From Gemmatimonadota bacterium (lineage in GTDB: Bacteria; Latescibacterota; UBA2968; UBA8231), in assembly GCA_038128265.1 (NCBI GenBank), contig JAYPJE010000006.1, positions 75,375 to 114,567 of the forward strand: a DNA stretch of 39,193 nt, given 5' to 3'. Below the pieces are notes generated by a model. That model was given only the letters and a program-made list of their open reading frames with translations, was not told the origin of the DNA and did no database searches. Positions within the stretch are counted from its first letter, which is position 1, and each line of letters opens with the position of its first letter. Positions 32,279-39,193 of this stretch are shown in pieces. The translations under genes were made by a program, and so were the position numbers.

Positions 32279-32962
32279 TCACTGCGCACCGCACTGGCGA
32301 GCCAGCGCCACAACGGCGTCTACCTGCTCGTCCAGTCCCATATGCGTCGTATTCAACTCGACGTATTCTGCAGCGGCGCCCGCTGCGCCATAGTCTCGCC
32401 GAGCGTCTTCGAGGTCGCGCGTTTCAATGTCTGCGCGCACCTCGTCAAAGGTCATCTCTATACCCTTTGCAACCAGCTCTTCGCGCCGACGCCGCGTGCG
32501 CTCGTCGAGGTCGGCGACCATGCGAATTTTCAATTCGGCATCGGGGAACACCACCGATCCCATATCGCGCCCCTCGGCGACAATACCGCCTCGGCAACCC
32601 AGCTCTTGCTGGCGGGCCACCAGTGCGCGCCGCACCACCGGCCTGTCGGCGAAAGCGCCCACGCAGCGCGCCACCTCGGGTCGGCGAATCTCGTCGCTGA
32701 CGTCTTCTCCGTCGAGCAAGACAACAACGCCCCGATCAGAGGGCAGCAAATCAATGGCGATCTCATCCAACAGCTGCTTTAGCGCCGCTTCGTCATCCGC
32801 TTCGACACTGCTGCGACGGGCGGCCAGCGCCACGGCGCGGTACATCGCCCCCGTATCGAGATGGCAATAGCCCAAAGCGCGGGCCACGAGACGCGCCGTG
32901 GTTGATTTACCCGAACCGACGACTCCGTCAATGGCGATCACGAGTGGCCGGGATGCCATCAC
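32279..32962 (-). CDS. cmk: Cytidylate kinase
   Basis: IAIDG..GSGKST, LDTGAMYRA, EGRDMGSVVFPDA; canonical position upstream of rpsA. Confidence 0.95.
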   Translation of the reverse strand: MMASRPLVIAIDGVVGSGKSTTARLVARALGYCHLDTGAMYRAVALAARRSSVEADDEAALKQLLDEIAIDLLPSDRGVVVLLDGEDVSDEIRRPEVARCVGAFADRPVVRRALVARQQELGCRGGIVAEGRDMGSVVFPDAELKIRMVADLDERTRRRREELVAKGIEMTFDEVRADIETRDLEDARRDYGAAGAAAEYVELNTTHMGLDEQVDAVVALARQCGAQ

Positions 32963-33714
32963 AGCCCCACCTGCGCGCGCAGGGCGTTCACTTCGGCCTC
33001 GCGCAGAGGGCGATACTCCCCTTCACTCAGCCCGTCGAGCGTTAGCCCAGCAAAAGCCACCCGCGTCAAGTGGCGCACCGGGTGACCGACGGTGCGCAAC
33101 ATGCGGCGCACCTGGCGCTTGCGCCCCTCGTGTATGCACAGACGCACGCGCGCTGCCAGCTTATAGCCGCTCCCCTCGCAGCCGACGACCTCGGCCTGCG
33201 CCGGTGCTGTAAGACCGTCATCTAAGGCGACGCCGTGGCGAAGCAGTTCCAGCTTTTCCTCGCTCGGCTGACCGTGCACAACGGCCTCGTAGACCTTGTC
33301 GACAACGTAGCGCGGATGCAGCAGGCGAAAAGCCAGTTCGCCATCGTCCGTCCACAGCAGAAGACCCGTCGTGTCCATGTCCAAACGCCCCACCGGCATG
33401 GTGCCAAGGCGCTGCGTTCCCAGCAGGTCAAATACCGTCGAGCGCCCATGCGTATCGCTGCGCGTCACCACGTAGCCAGCCGGCTTGTTGAGCAGCAGAT
33501 ACTCGCACTGCACGGGCAGCGATACGGGCTTTCCTTCGCACTCCACCTGATCGCGCTGCGGATCGACGCTGCTGCCGAGATTGTCGACAACCTCGCCGTT
33601 GACGCGCACTGCACCGCCGGCAATGAGTGCATCGCTCTTGCGACGCGACGCGACGCCCGAACGCGCCAGAAAGCGGTTGAGACGCATCGTATACGTCGAT
33701 TCGTCAGCTCCCAT
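32959..33714 (-). CDS. rluB: rRNA pseudouridine synthase with S4 domain (RluB/RsuA family)
   Basis: RLNRFLARSGVASRR, NKPAG, VGRLD.DTTGLL, EGRKRQVRRM; start set to ATG 33714 (33687 also possible) because the longer ORF overlaps scpB. Confidence 0.88.
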   Translation of the reverse strand: MGADESTYTMRLNRFLARSGVASRRKSDALIAGGAVRVNGEVVDNLGSSVDPQRDQVECEGKPVSLPVQCEYLLLNKPAGYVVTRSDTHGRSTVFDLLGTQRLGTMPVGRLDMDTTGLLLWTDDGELAFRLLHPRYVVDKVYEAVVHGQPSEEKLELLRHGVALDDGLTAPAQAEVVGCEGSGYKLAARVRLCIHEGRKRQVRRMLRTVGHPVRHLTRVAFAGLTLDGLSEGEYRPLREAEVNALRAQVGL

Positions 33715-34531
33715 CGCCTTCGCCAGCGTTGCCGCTATCCTCTGCGCGCTCCCCTTCCACTGCGATTCCGCCATCCCCGTCTGCCACGATGGATTCGCCG
33801 TCGCCGCTATCCTCGGCCCGTTCCAATTCCATTGCGGAATCTCCACCCCCATCCAACGCGTTGCCCGGTACTGTAGCCTCGGTATCGCCATCCATATCAC
33901 CGCCGCGCTCGCTCTCCGCGCGATCCTGCAACCCCTGCAACTCCATCGCCATTTGCTGGCGCGCTTCCGCCTTGTCTTCACCAGAAGCCAGCAGCTCTTC
34001 CAACTCTCTGGGCTTGGGCAAGTCGGCCAGCGTCTTCAGGCCAAAGTGCACCAGAAACTCACGCGTCGTGCCGAAGAGCATGGGCTTGCCAATACCTTCT
34101 GAGCGACCGACGATGCGAATCATCGAAAGCTCCATAAGCGTCTGCATGACGCCGCCCGAATTAACGCCGCGAATCGTGTCGACCTCCACGCGAGTTACCG
34201 GCTGCTTGAAGGCGACGATCGCCAGCGCTTCGAGAGCGGCCTGAGACAGGCGAATCTGGTTGGGGTCGTTGTGAAACTTGCGCAACCAAGGGCCGCAATC
34301 CTGCCGCGTTGCCAGCTGAAAGCCACCGGCAATCTCTATGATCGAAAAGCCGTGCTCGCCCTCGGCGTATGCGGCGTTGAGCGCATCGATCAGCTCGCGA
34401 ATATCGCGCCCGTTGTACTCGTCCAAGAGGGCAACCAGACGCCCCGGCGTCACCGGCGCATCGGCCGTCAGCAAAACGGCTTCAATAATGGCACGAGCCT
34501 TTTCTGGGACGACAGAACGCTCTTCGCTCAA
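33704..34531 (-). CDS. scpB: SMC-Scp complex subunit ScpB with acidic C-terminal tail
   Basis: AGGFQLAT, LSQAALEALAIVAFKQPVTR, IRGV, FGTT.EFL.HFGL..L.DLP. Confidence 0.94.
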   Translation of the reverse strand: MSEERSVVPEKARAIIEAVLLTADAPVTPGRLVALLDEYNGRDIRELIDALNAAYAEGEHGFSIIEIAGGFQLATRQDCGPWLRKFHNDPNQIRLSQAALEALAIVAFKQPVTRVEVDTIRGVNSGGVMQTLMELSMIRIVGRSEGIGKPMLFGTTREFLVHFGLKTLADLPKPRELEELLASGEDKAEARQQMAMELQGLQDRAESERGGDMDGDTEATVPGNALDGGGDSAMELERAEDSGDGESIVADGDGGIAVEGERAEDSGNAGEGDGS

Positions 34532-35442
34532 CGCGCTTGCTCTCCTCCACTCGCACCACGGTCTCCGCTATCGAGTGGCGCTTCTTGCGAGTGCTCGGCG
34601 GGACCGTCTGCTGCCAACAGCTGCGAAACCGCACGCTGCTCTTGCTCTTCGATCCATATATCGTCAAATGGCTGTGCCTGCTGCACGCGAATGCGCTGTG
34701 CTTTAAGCAACTCCAAGACACCGATAAACGTAGCGACCATACCCTCGCGACCGCGCCCTTCTACCAGCTCTATAAACCGCACGCGCGAGCGCTGTTCCAA
34801 GGCGGCAATAATAAATTCGATGCACTCTGCAACCGAGACGTTTTCTTCGACGATTTGGTGCACAAGCGTGCGCGGCACCGTATCCAATACGTGCTTGTAG
34901 ACTTTGAGCAGATCAAAGAGCGAAACTGGTTTGAGCGTCGGCGCACTGCCATCGTCTAAATCATTTTCACCCAGTCCCGCCTGGCGCAGAAACACGTCGC
35001 GGCGCGCGTCTTTCTGCACGCCCAGCCAATCGGCCACCTCCTTAAACTGCTGATATTCCAACAGGCGACGCATCAACTCTTCGCGCGGGTCGCCCTCTTC
35101 GACGCCATCCACTCCTTCTTCGCGCGGCAGCATCATCTGCGACTTGATGCGCATCAAGGTAGCTGCCATTAGGATGAAGTCGCTGGCCTGTTCGATATCG
35201 AGCAGGTGGATCTGCTCCAGAAATCCCAGGTACTGATTTGTTATATGGGCAATTGGAATATCGTAGATATCGAGCTCGTCTTTGCGTATGAGGTAGAGCA
35301 GCAGGTCCATCGGACCTTCAAAAACATCTAGCTTAACCTCGTATAGCGCCGAGTCTTGCTCGTCTTCCGTCTGCAATATATCGATAGCCATGCTCGCTCG
35401 AAGTTCGTCCGGCGCTGCGGCGGGAGGTCCGCGCGTCGGCAT
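34528..35442 (-). CDS. scpA: Segregation/condensation kleisin ScpA
   Basis: FEGPMDLLLYLI, IPIA.IT.QY, MAATL..IKS..LP, TF..VLEL; GAGG before 35442 (35391 is the alternative start). Confidence 0.94.
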   Translation of the reverse strand: MPTRGPPAAAPDELRASMAIDILQTEDEQDSALYEVKLDVFEGPMDLLLYLIRKDELDIYDIPIAHITNQYLGFLEQIHLLDIEQASDFILMAATLMRIKSQMMLPREEGVDGVEEGDPREELMRRLLEYQQFKEVADWLGVQKDARRDVFLRQAGLGENDLDDGSAPTLKPVSLFDLLKVYKHVLDTVPRTLVHQIVEENVSVAECIEFIIAALEQRSRVRFIELVEGRGREGMVATFIGVLELLKAQRIRVQQAQPFDDIWIEEQEQRAVSQLLAADGPAEHSQEAPLDSGDRGASGGEQAR

Positions 35443-35451
35443 GCCGCCTCT

Positions 35452-35961
35452 TTAATCGACAAATAAGTATGGTTTCCAGCGCTGTTGGCCAGATCCCATT
35501 GCGTTGCGCATAAAGCTGACGCTGTTGGGACGTTTGGGCTGGGTCCGCAGCTTCAAACCGACCTGTTCCGGCCTCTGCTCGCCCTTCTTGTTGTTGCATC
35601 CAGCACAGGCACAGACCATATTTTCCCAGGTCGAAGGCCCGCCTTTGGTGCGCGGCACCACGTGGTCAATCGTCAGCTTGGCGTCGCGCTTGCCGCAGTA
35701 CTGACACTCAAAGCGATCGCGCTTGAAAATATTGCGCTTCGACAGCACGACGTTGCGCCTAGGAGCGTTGATATAGCGCTCTAAACGGACGACGCTGGGC
35801 ACGGAAAACTCCTGAGACACCGATCGCACCACGTCTTCTAACTTCTCTACCGCCTCGGCACGGCCCCGCAAGATAAGCAGCAGTGCGCGACGCACACTGC
35901 ACACGCTCAGCGGTTCGTAGTTCTGGTTTAAAACCAGTACACTGTCGTCCAGCAATCGCAT
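35452..35961 (-). CDS. HNH endonuclease (McrA/COG1403-like)
   Basis: VLVLNQNYEPL, RD...CQYCG, TIDHVVPR..GG..TWEN.V.AC..CN..K; start set to ATG 35961. Confidence 0.9.
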   Translation of the reverse strand: MRLLDDSVLVLNQNYEPLSVCSVRRALLLILRGRAEAVEKLEDVVRSVSQEFSVPSVVRLERYINAPRRNVVLSKRNIFKRDRFECQYCGKRDAKLTIDHVVPRTKGGPSTWENMVCACAGCNNKKGEQRPEQVGLKLRTQPKRPNSVSFMRNAMGSGQQRWKPYLFVD

Positions 35962-36025
35962 GACCCCAGTTACAGCGGCCCAGCGCACCGGTGGGTCGGA
36001 GCAGAACCGCCCAGCATAACAGAGC

Positions 36026-36063
36026 TATATAACTACGTTATATATAGTGCAAAGTCAAGATTG
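36026..36063. promoter_or_regulatory. AT-rich promoter/operator region of the HNH-scpAB-rluB-cmk-rpsA run
   Basis: Perfect inverted repeat TATATAAC-N3-GTTATATA (36026-36044) next to minus-strand TTGACT (36058-36053). Confidence 0.45.
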
Positions 36064-36073
36064 AGGCGGGCGT

Positions 36074-36466
36074 TCAGCTACCGTCGAGCATATCCGAATA
36101 CTCGTCTGCGCTAAGCAGATTTTCGAGTTCTTCTTCGTTTTCTATGCGAATTTTTATCATCCATCCCGCACCGTAGGGATCGGAATTGATCTGCTCGGCA
36201 TCGTCTTCGAGCGTCTCGTTGGCCTCGAGCACTTCGCCGGTTAGTGGTGCAATAAGGTCCTCAACGGTCTTGACGGCTTCAACCGTACCAAACGTCTCAC
36301 CCGTTTTGGCGTATTCGCCGACCTCTGGCAGTTCGACGAAAACGATATCCCCCAGCTCGGACTGGGCAAAATCGGTAATGCCAATCGTGGCGATATCGCT
36401 GTCGACCTGTATCCATTCGTGGCTCTCACTGTAGGACAGGTTTTCTGGTACCTTAGATGTGCTCAT
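36074..36466 (-). CDS. gcvH: Glycine cleavage system H protein (lipoyl carrier)
   Basis: YSESHEW, GITDFAQSELGDIVFVELP, VEAVK (lipoyl Lys), NSDPYGAGW. Confidence 0.96.
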   Translation of the reverse strand: MSTSKVPENLSYSESHEWIQVDSDIATIGITDFAQSELGDIVFVELPEVGEYAKTGETFGTVEAVKTVEDLIAPLTGEVLEANETLEDDAEQINSDPYGAGWMIKIRIENEEELENLLSADEYSDMLDGS

Positions 36467-36472
36467 AGCTTC

Positions 36473-37849
36473 TTACTCCTGAGAGGGTGCAGGCGAATTC
36501 GCATTGAGATCTAGTGGGGTACTGGCTACGTAGTCGGTATTAAAGCGACCGGCAATGAAATTTTCTTCGTCGATTAAAGCACGGTGGAACGGAATGGTCG
36601 TCGACACGCCTTCAACGGTGTACTCTGCCAGTGCACGACGCAGTCGGGCCAGCGCCTCTGTGCGATTGCGGCCGTTGACGATCAGCTTGGCCAGCAGCGA
36701 ATCGTAATAGGGCGGCATGTCATATCCCTGGTATATGTGACTGTCGATGCGCACGCCGGGGCCTCCCGGCTGGTGCAGCGCAGTTATTTTACCGGACGAA
36801 GGCATGAAGTTTTGCGCCGGGTCCTCTGAGTTGATGCGGCACTCTATAGCGTGTCCAATCAGGCGTAAATCCTCTTGCCCGTACCCCAATTCCTCGCCGG
36901 CGGCAATGCGTATTTGCTCGCGCACCAGGTCGATGCCGGTCACCGTTTCCGTCACCGGATGCTCCACTTGGATGCGCGTGTTCATCTCCATAAAGTAGAA
37001 ATTGAGATCTTCGTCAACGATATATTCAATCGTGCCCGCGCTGTAGTAACCGACGCTGCGTGCACCGGCTACCGCCGCCTCGCCCAAGCGCCGACGCATA
37101 TCCTCGTCGACCACCGGCGATGGGCTTTCTTCCAATAGCTTCTGATTGCGGCGCTGAATAGAGCATTCGCGCTCAAATAGGTGAACGATGTTACCGTGCT
37201 CGTCACCGAGTACCTGGATCTCTATATGGCGGGCACGCTCGATTGAGCGCTCCATGTAAACGGCATCGCTGGTAAACGCACCGCGCGCTTCCATCCGCGC
37301 CATTTTCCAAGCGTCTTCCAATTCGTCCATCGAGCGCACGATGCGCATCCCGCGTCCACCGCCGCCGGCAGAAGCCTTCAGGCGCAGCGGAAAACCCACC
37401 TTCTCGGCCCATTCGCGCGCTTCGTCAAGAGACTGCAGCTCGCCCTCGCTACCAGGCACCACGGGCACGCCCGCATCTTTCATGGTCTGGCGCGCCAGCG
37501 ACTTGTCTCCCATGCGCCGAATGGCGTCGACGGGGGGACCAATAAACTTTATGCCGCACTGCTGGCATAGTTCGGCAAACTCGGCATTCTCAGCCAGCGG
37601 CCCGTATCCTGGGTGGATTGCGTCGGCGTTTGTCAACTCGGCTGCGCTGATAATATTGGCGTAGTTGCGGTAACTATCTTTGCCCGCCGGCGGCCCAATG
37701 CACACGTCTTCGTCGGCAAAGAGCACGTGGGACGCATGCGTGTCGGCTTGGGAGTGAATCGCTACGGTATCAATGCCCATATCTTTGCAGGCGCGAATAA
37801 CGCGTAGGGCAATCTCGCCGCGATCGGCTATGAGGACTTTGTTAAACAT
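36473..37849 (-). CDS. accC: Acetyl-CoA carboxylase biotin carboxylase subunit
   Basis: RGEIA, HPGYG, GGGGRGM, ERECSIQRR, EMNTRIQVEH, YDS; follows accB. Confidence 0.94.
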   Translation of the reverse strand: MFNKVLIADRGEIALRVIRACKDMGIDTVAIHSQADTHASHVLFADEDVCIGPPAGKDSYRNYANIISAAELTNADAIHPGYGPLAENAEFAELCQQCGIKFIGPPVDAIRRMGDKSLARQTMKDAGVPVVPGSEGELQSLDEAREWAEKVGFPLRLKASAGGGGRGMRIVRSMDELEDAWKMARMEARGAFTSDAVYMERSIERARHIEIQVLGDEHGNIVHLFERECSIQRRNQKLLEESPSPVVDEDMRRRLGEAAVAGARSVGYYSAGTIEYIVDEDLNFYFMEMNTRIQVEHPVTETVTGIDLVREQIRIAAGEELGYGQEDLRLIGHAIECRINSEDPAQNFMPSSGKITALHQPGGPGVRIDSHIYQGYDMPPYYDSLLAKLIVNGRNRTEALARLRRALAEYTVEGVSTTIPFHRALIDEENFIAGRFNTDYVASTPLDLNANSPAPSQE

Positions 37850-37867
37850 GTGTATGATCCGTCCGCA

Positions 37868-38347
37868 TCAGTCCGCGCGGACCTTGAACAACGGCTGGTT
37901 ATACTCGACCGGCTGCCCGTTCTCGACGAGAATCTCGACCACCTGCCCCGCCACATCGACCGGTATCTCGTTCATGATTTTCATCGCCTCGATTATGCAC
38001 AGCGTCTGCCCCTTTTTGACGGTCGCACCCTCCTGCACAAATGGGTCTGATTCGGGGGACGAGGCTCTGTAAAACGTGCCGACCATAGGCGAGAAAACCT
38101 GATGCAGGCCATCGTCGACGGGCGGTGCAGGCGCTGCAGGAGCGGCGCTGTCTGCGGCCGCTTCTGCGGGCGCTGCACTCGCGGCTGGAGGCGCAGCGGC
38201 AACTGCTGGAGCCGCTACCACATCGACCGTTTTGCGTCGACTGATGCGCAGCCTCGTGCCGCGCCAAAAGCCATACTCGACCTCTAGCTCTTCAATACCA
38301 CTGTCTTCGAATAGCGCCAGAATCCGCTTTAATTTGTCCTCTCTCAC
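37868..38347 (-). CDS. accB: Biotin carboxyl carrier protein
   Basis: Ala/Pro linker, [16 protein letters not shown] biotinylation motif; GTG start with GGGAG. Confidence 0.95.
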   Translation of the reverse strand: MREDKLKRILALFEDSGIEELEVEYGFWRGTRLRISRRKTVDVVAAPAVAAAPPAASAAPAEAAADSAAPAAPAPPVDDGLHQVFSPMVGTFYRASSPESDPFVQEGATVKKGQTLCIIEAMKIMNEIPVDVAGQVVEILVENGQPVEYNQPLFKVRAD

Positions 38348-38373
38348 TGCAAACTCCCTCTCGTTGAACCGAC

Positions 38374-38931
38374 TTAGACTCGCTCTACGTATTCGCCCGT
38401 ACGCGTGTCAATTTTCAGCTTGTCTCCCTGGTTGACGAAGAGCGGCACCTGAACCTGATACCCCGTCTCAAGGGTTGCCGCTTTAGTCGCTCCTGTGGCC
38501 GTGTCGCCCTTCACGCCGGGTTCGGTATGCGCAACCTCGAGAAATACGAAGTTGGGCAGATCTACACCGATGGGCGCGTCGCGGGCAATGAGCACATAGG
38601 CATTTTCGCTCTCTTTGAGCAGCTTGGCCGACCTACCGAGCATTTCGGCCGATATACCCATCTGGTCGTAGGTGTCCAAATCCATAAAGTTGTACGTTTC
38701 GCCCTCCGCGTACAGATACTGCATCTCGCGCTTTTCCAAACGCACCTCTTCGACCTTGTCTCCCGAGCGAAACGTGCGATCCAACACGGCACCCGTATGC
38801 ATGTTCTTGAGCTTGGTGCGCACAAAAGCGCTTCCCTTGCCGGGTTTTACGTGCTGAAACTCGGCGATGGAAAAAATATCTCCGTCGATGAGCATGCAAA
38901 AACCATTGCGAAAGTCCGTCGTGTCTGCCAT
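38374..38931 (-). CDS. efp: Translation elongation factor P
   Basis: [32 protein letters not shown]. Confidence 0.97.
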   Translation of the reverse strand: MADTTDFRNGFCMLIDGDIFSIAEFQHVKPGKGSAFVRTKLKNMHTGAVLDRTFRSGDKVEEVRLEKREMQYLYAEGETYNFMDLDTYDQMGISAEMLGRSAKLLKESENAYVLIARDAPIGVDLPNFVFLEVAHTEPGVKGDTATGATKAATLETGYQVQVPLFVNQGDKLKIDTRTGEYVERV

Positions 38932-38955
38932 TGTAAAGAGTCCTCTTTCTCTCGG

Positions 38956-39192
38956 CTATTTCTTGCCGCTGTTGTTTTCCAATTCCTGCAGTTTGCGCCG
39001 GATAAAATCGTTTTCCGGATCCTGCTCTAACAGGTCGCGATACGTCTCTATCGCTTTCTGATTCAACCCCTGTATAGCATAGATCTCAGCCAATGTCAGC
39101 GTAGTGATGCGCTGCCGGTCCTCATCCTCATCCGCCCCACCCTCGTCTATACCCTCCGGATCCGGAGCCAAGTCGAGCGCACCGTCGCCATC
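38956..39192 (-). CDS. 3' end of a TPR-containing protein (partial, begins outside the window)
   Basis: Frame stays open to the window edge; acidic linker then a TPR-like TLTLAEIYAIQG..QKAIETY..LL..DP. Confidence 0.75.
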   Translation of the reverse strand, partial: DGDGALDLAPDPEGIDEGGADEDEDRQRITTLTLAEIYAIQGLNQKAIETYRDLLEQDPENDFIRRKLQELENNSGKK

Positions 39193-39193
39193 G

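Noticed and set aside
33715..33981. Long N-terminal extension of rluB in the ORF track
   Set aside because: Alternative frame of the scpB tail; the S4 domain begins near 33687.
33704..35961. Wadjet or restriction-modification defence system
   Set aside because: ScpA and ScpB are canonical housekeeping types; no JetC/JetD or methyltransferase is present.
36074..36466. gcvH without gcvT/gcvP as a novelty
   Set aside because: Split gcv genes are common, and GcvH also serves in lipoate metabolism.

Overview
Ordinary-looking chromosomal core region of a GC-rich diderm bacterium. Gene content and order (efp-accB-accC-gcvH; HNH-scpA-scpB-rluB-cmk-rpsA; LptD-like, PorZ-like, DUF4159/DUF4175) suggest the FCB superphylum, possibly Latescibacterota; this is inference only. 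Nearly all genes are on the minus strand. In transcription order they are: a partial TPR gene-efp-accB-accC-gcvH; HNH-scpA-scpB-rluB-cmk-rpsA with a terminator; mutS plus a stand-alone FliG N-terminal-domain-like gene; a ~19 kb tightly coupled run rlmB-lptD-dtd-maf-rodZ-priA-porZ-like-DUF4159-DUF4175-TPR-exported GATase-like protein-moxR-DUF58; and a sufBCDSU-sufT operon ending in an Rrf2 regulator. A LigC-like dehydrogenase lies on the plus strand. I see no mobile elements, CRISPR arrays, tRNA or rRNA. The most interesting signals are (i) a 40-aa hydrophobic ORF missing from the ORF track, behind a well-formed sigma-54 promoter and converging on the solo FliG_N-like gene, (ii) the uncharacterised MoxR/DUF58/DUF4159/DUF4175/TPR/PorZ-like envelope module, and (iii) an exact 19-bp duplicated operator-like motif in front of sufB. 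All family calls come from motif recognition by eye, not database searches.
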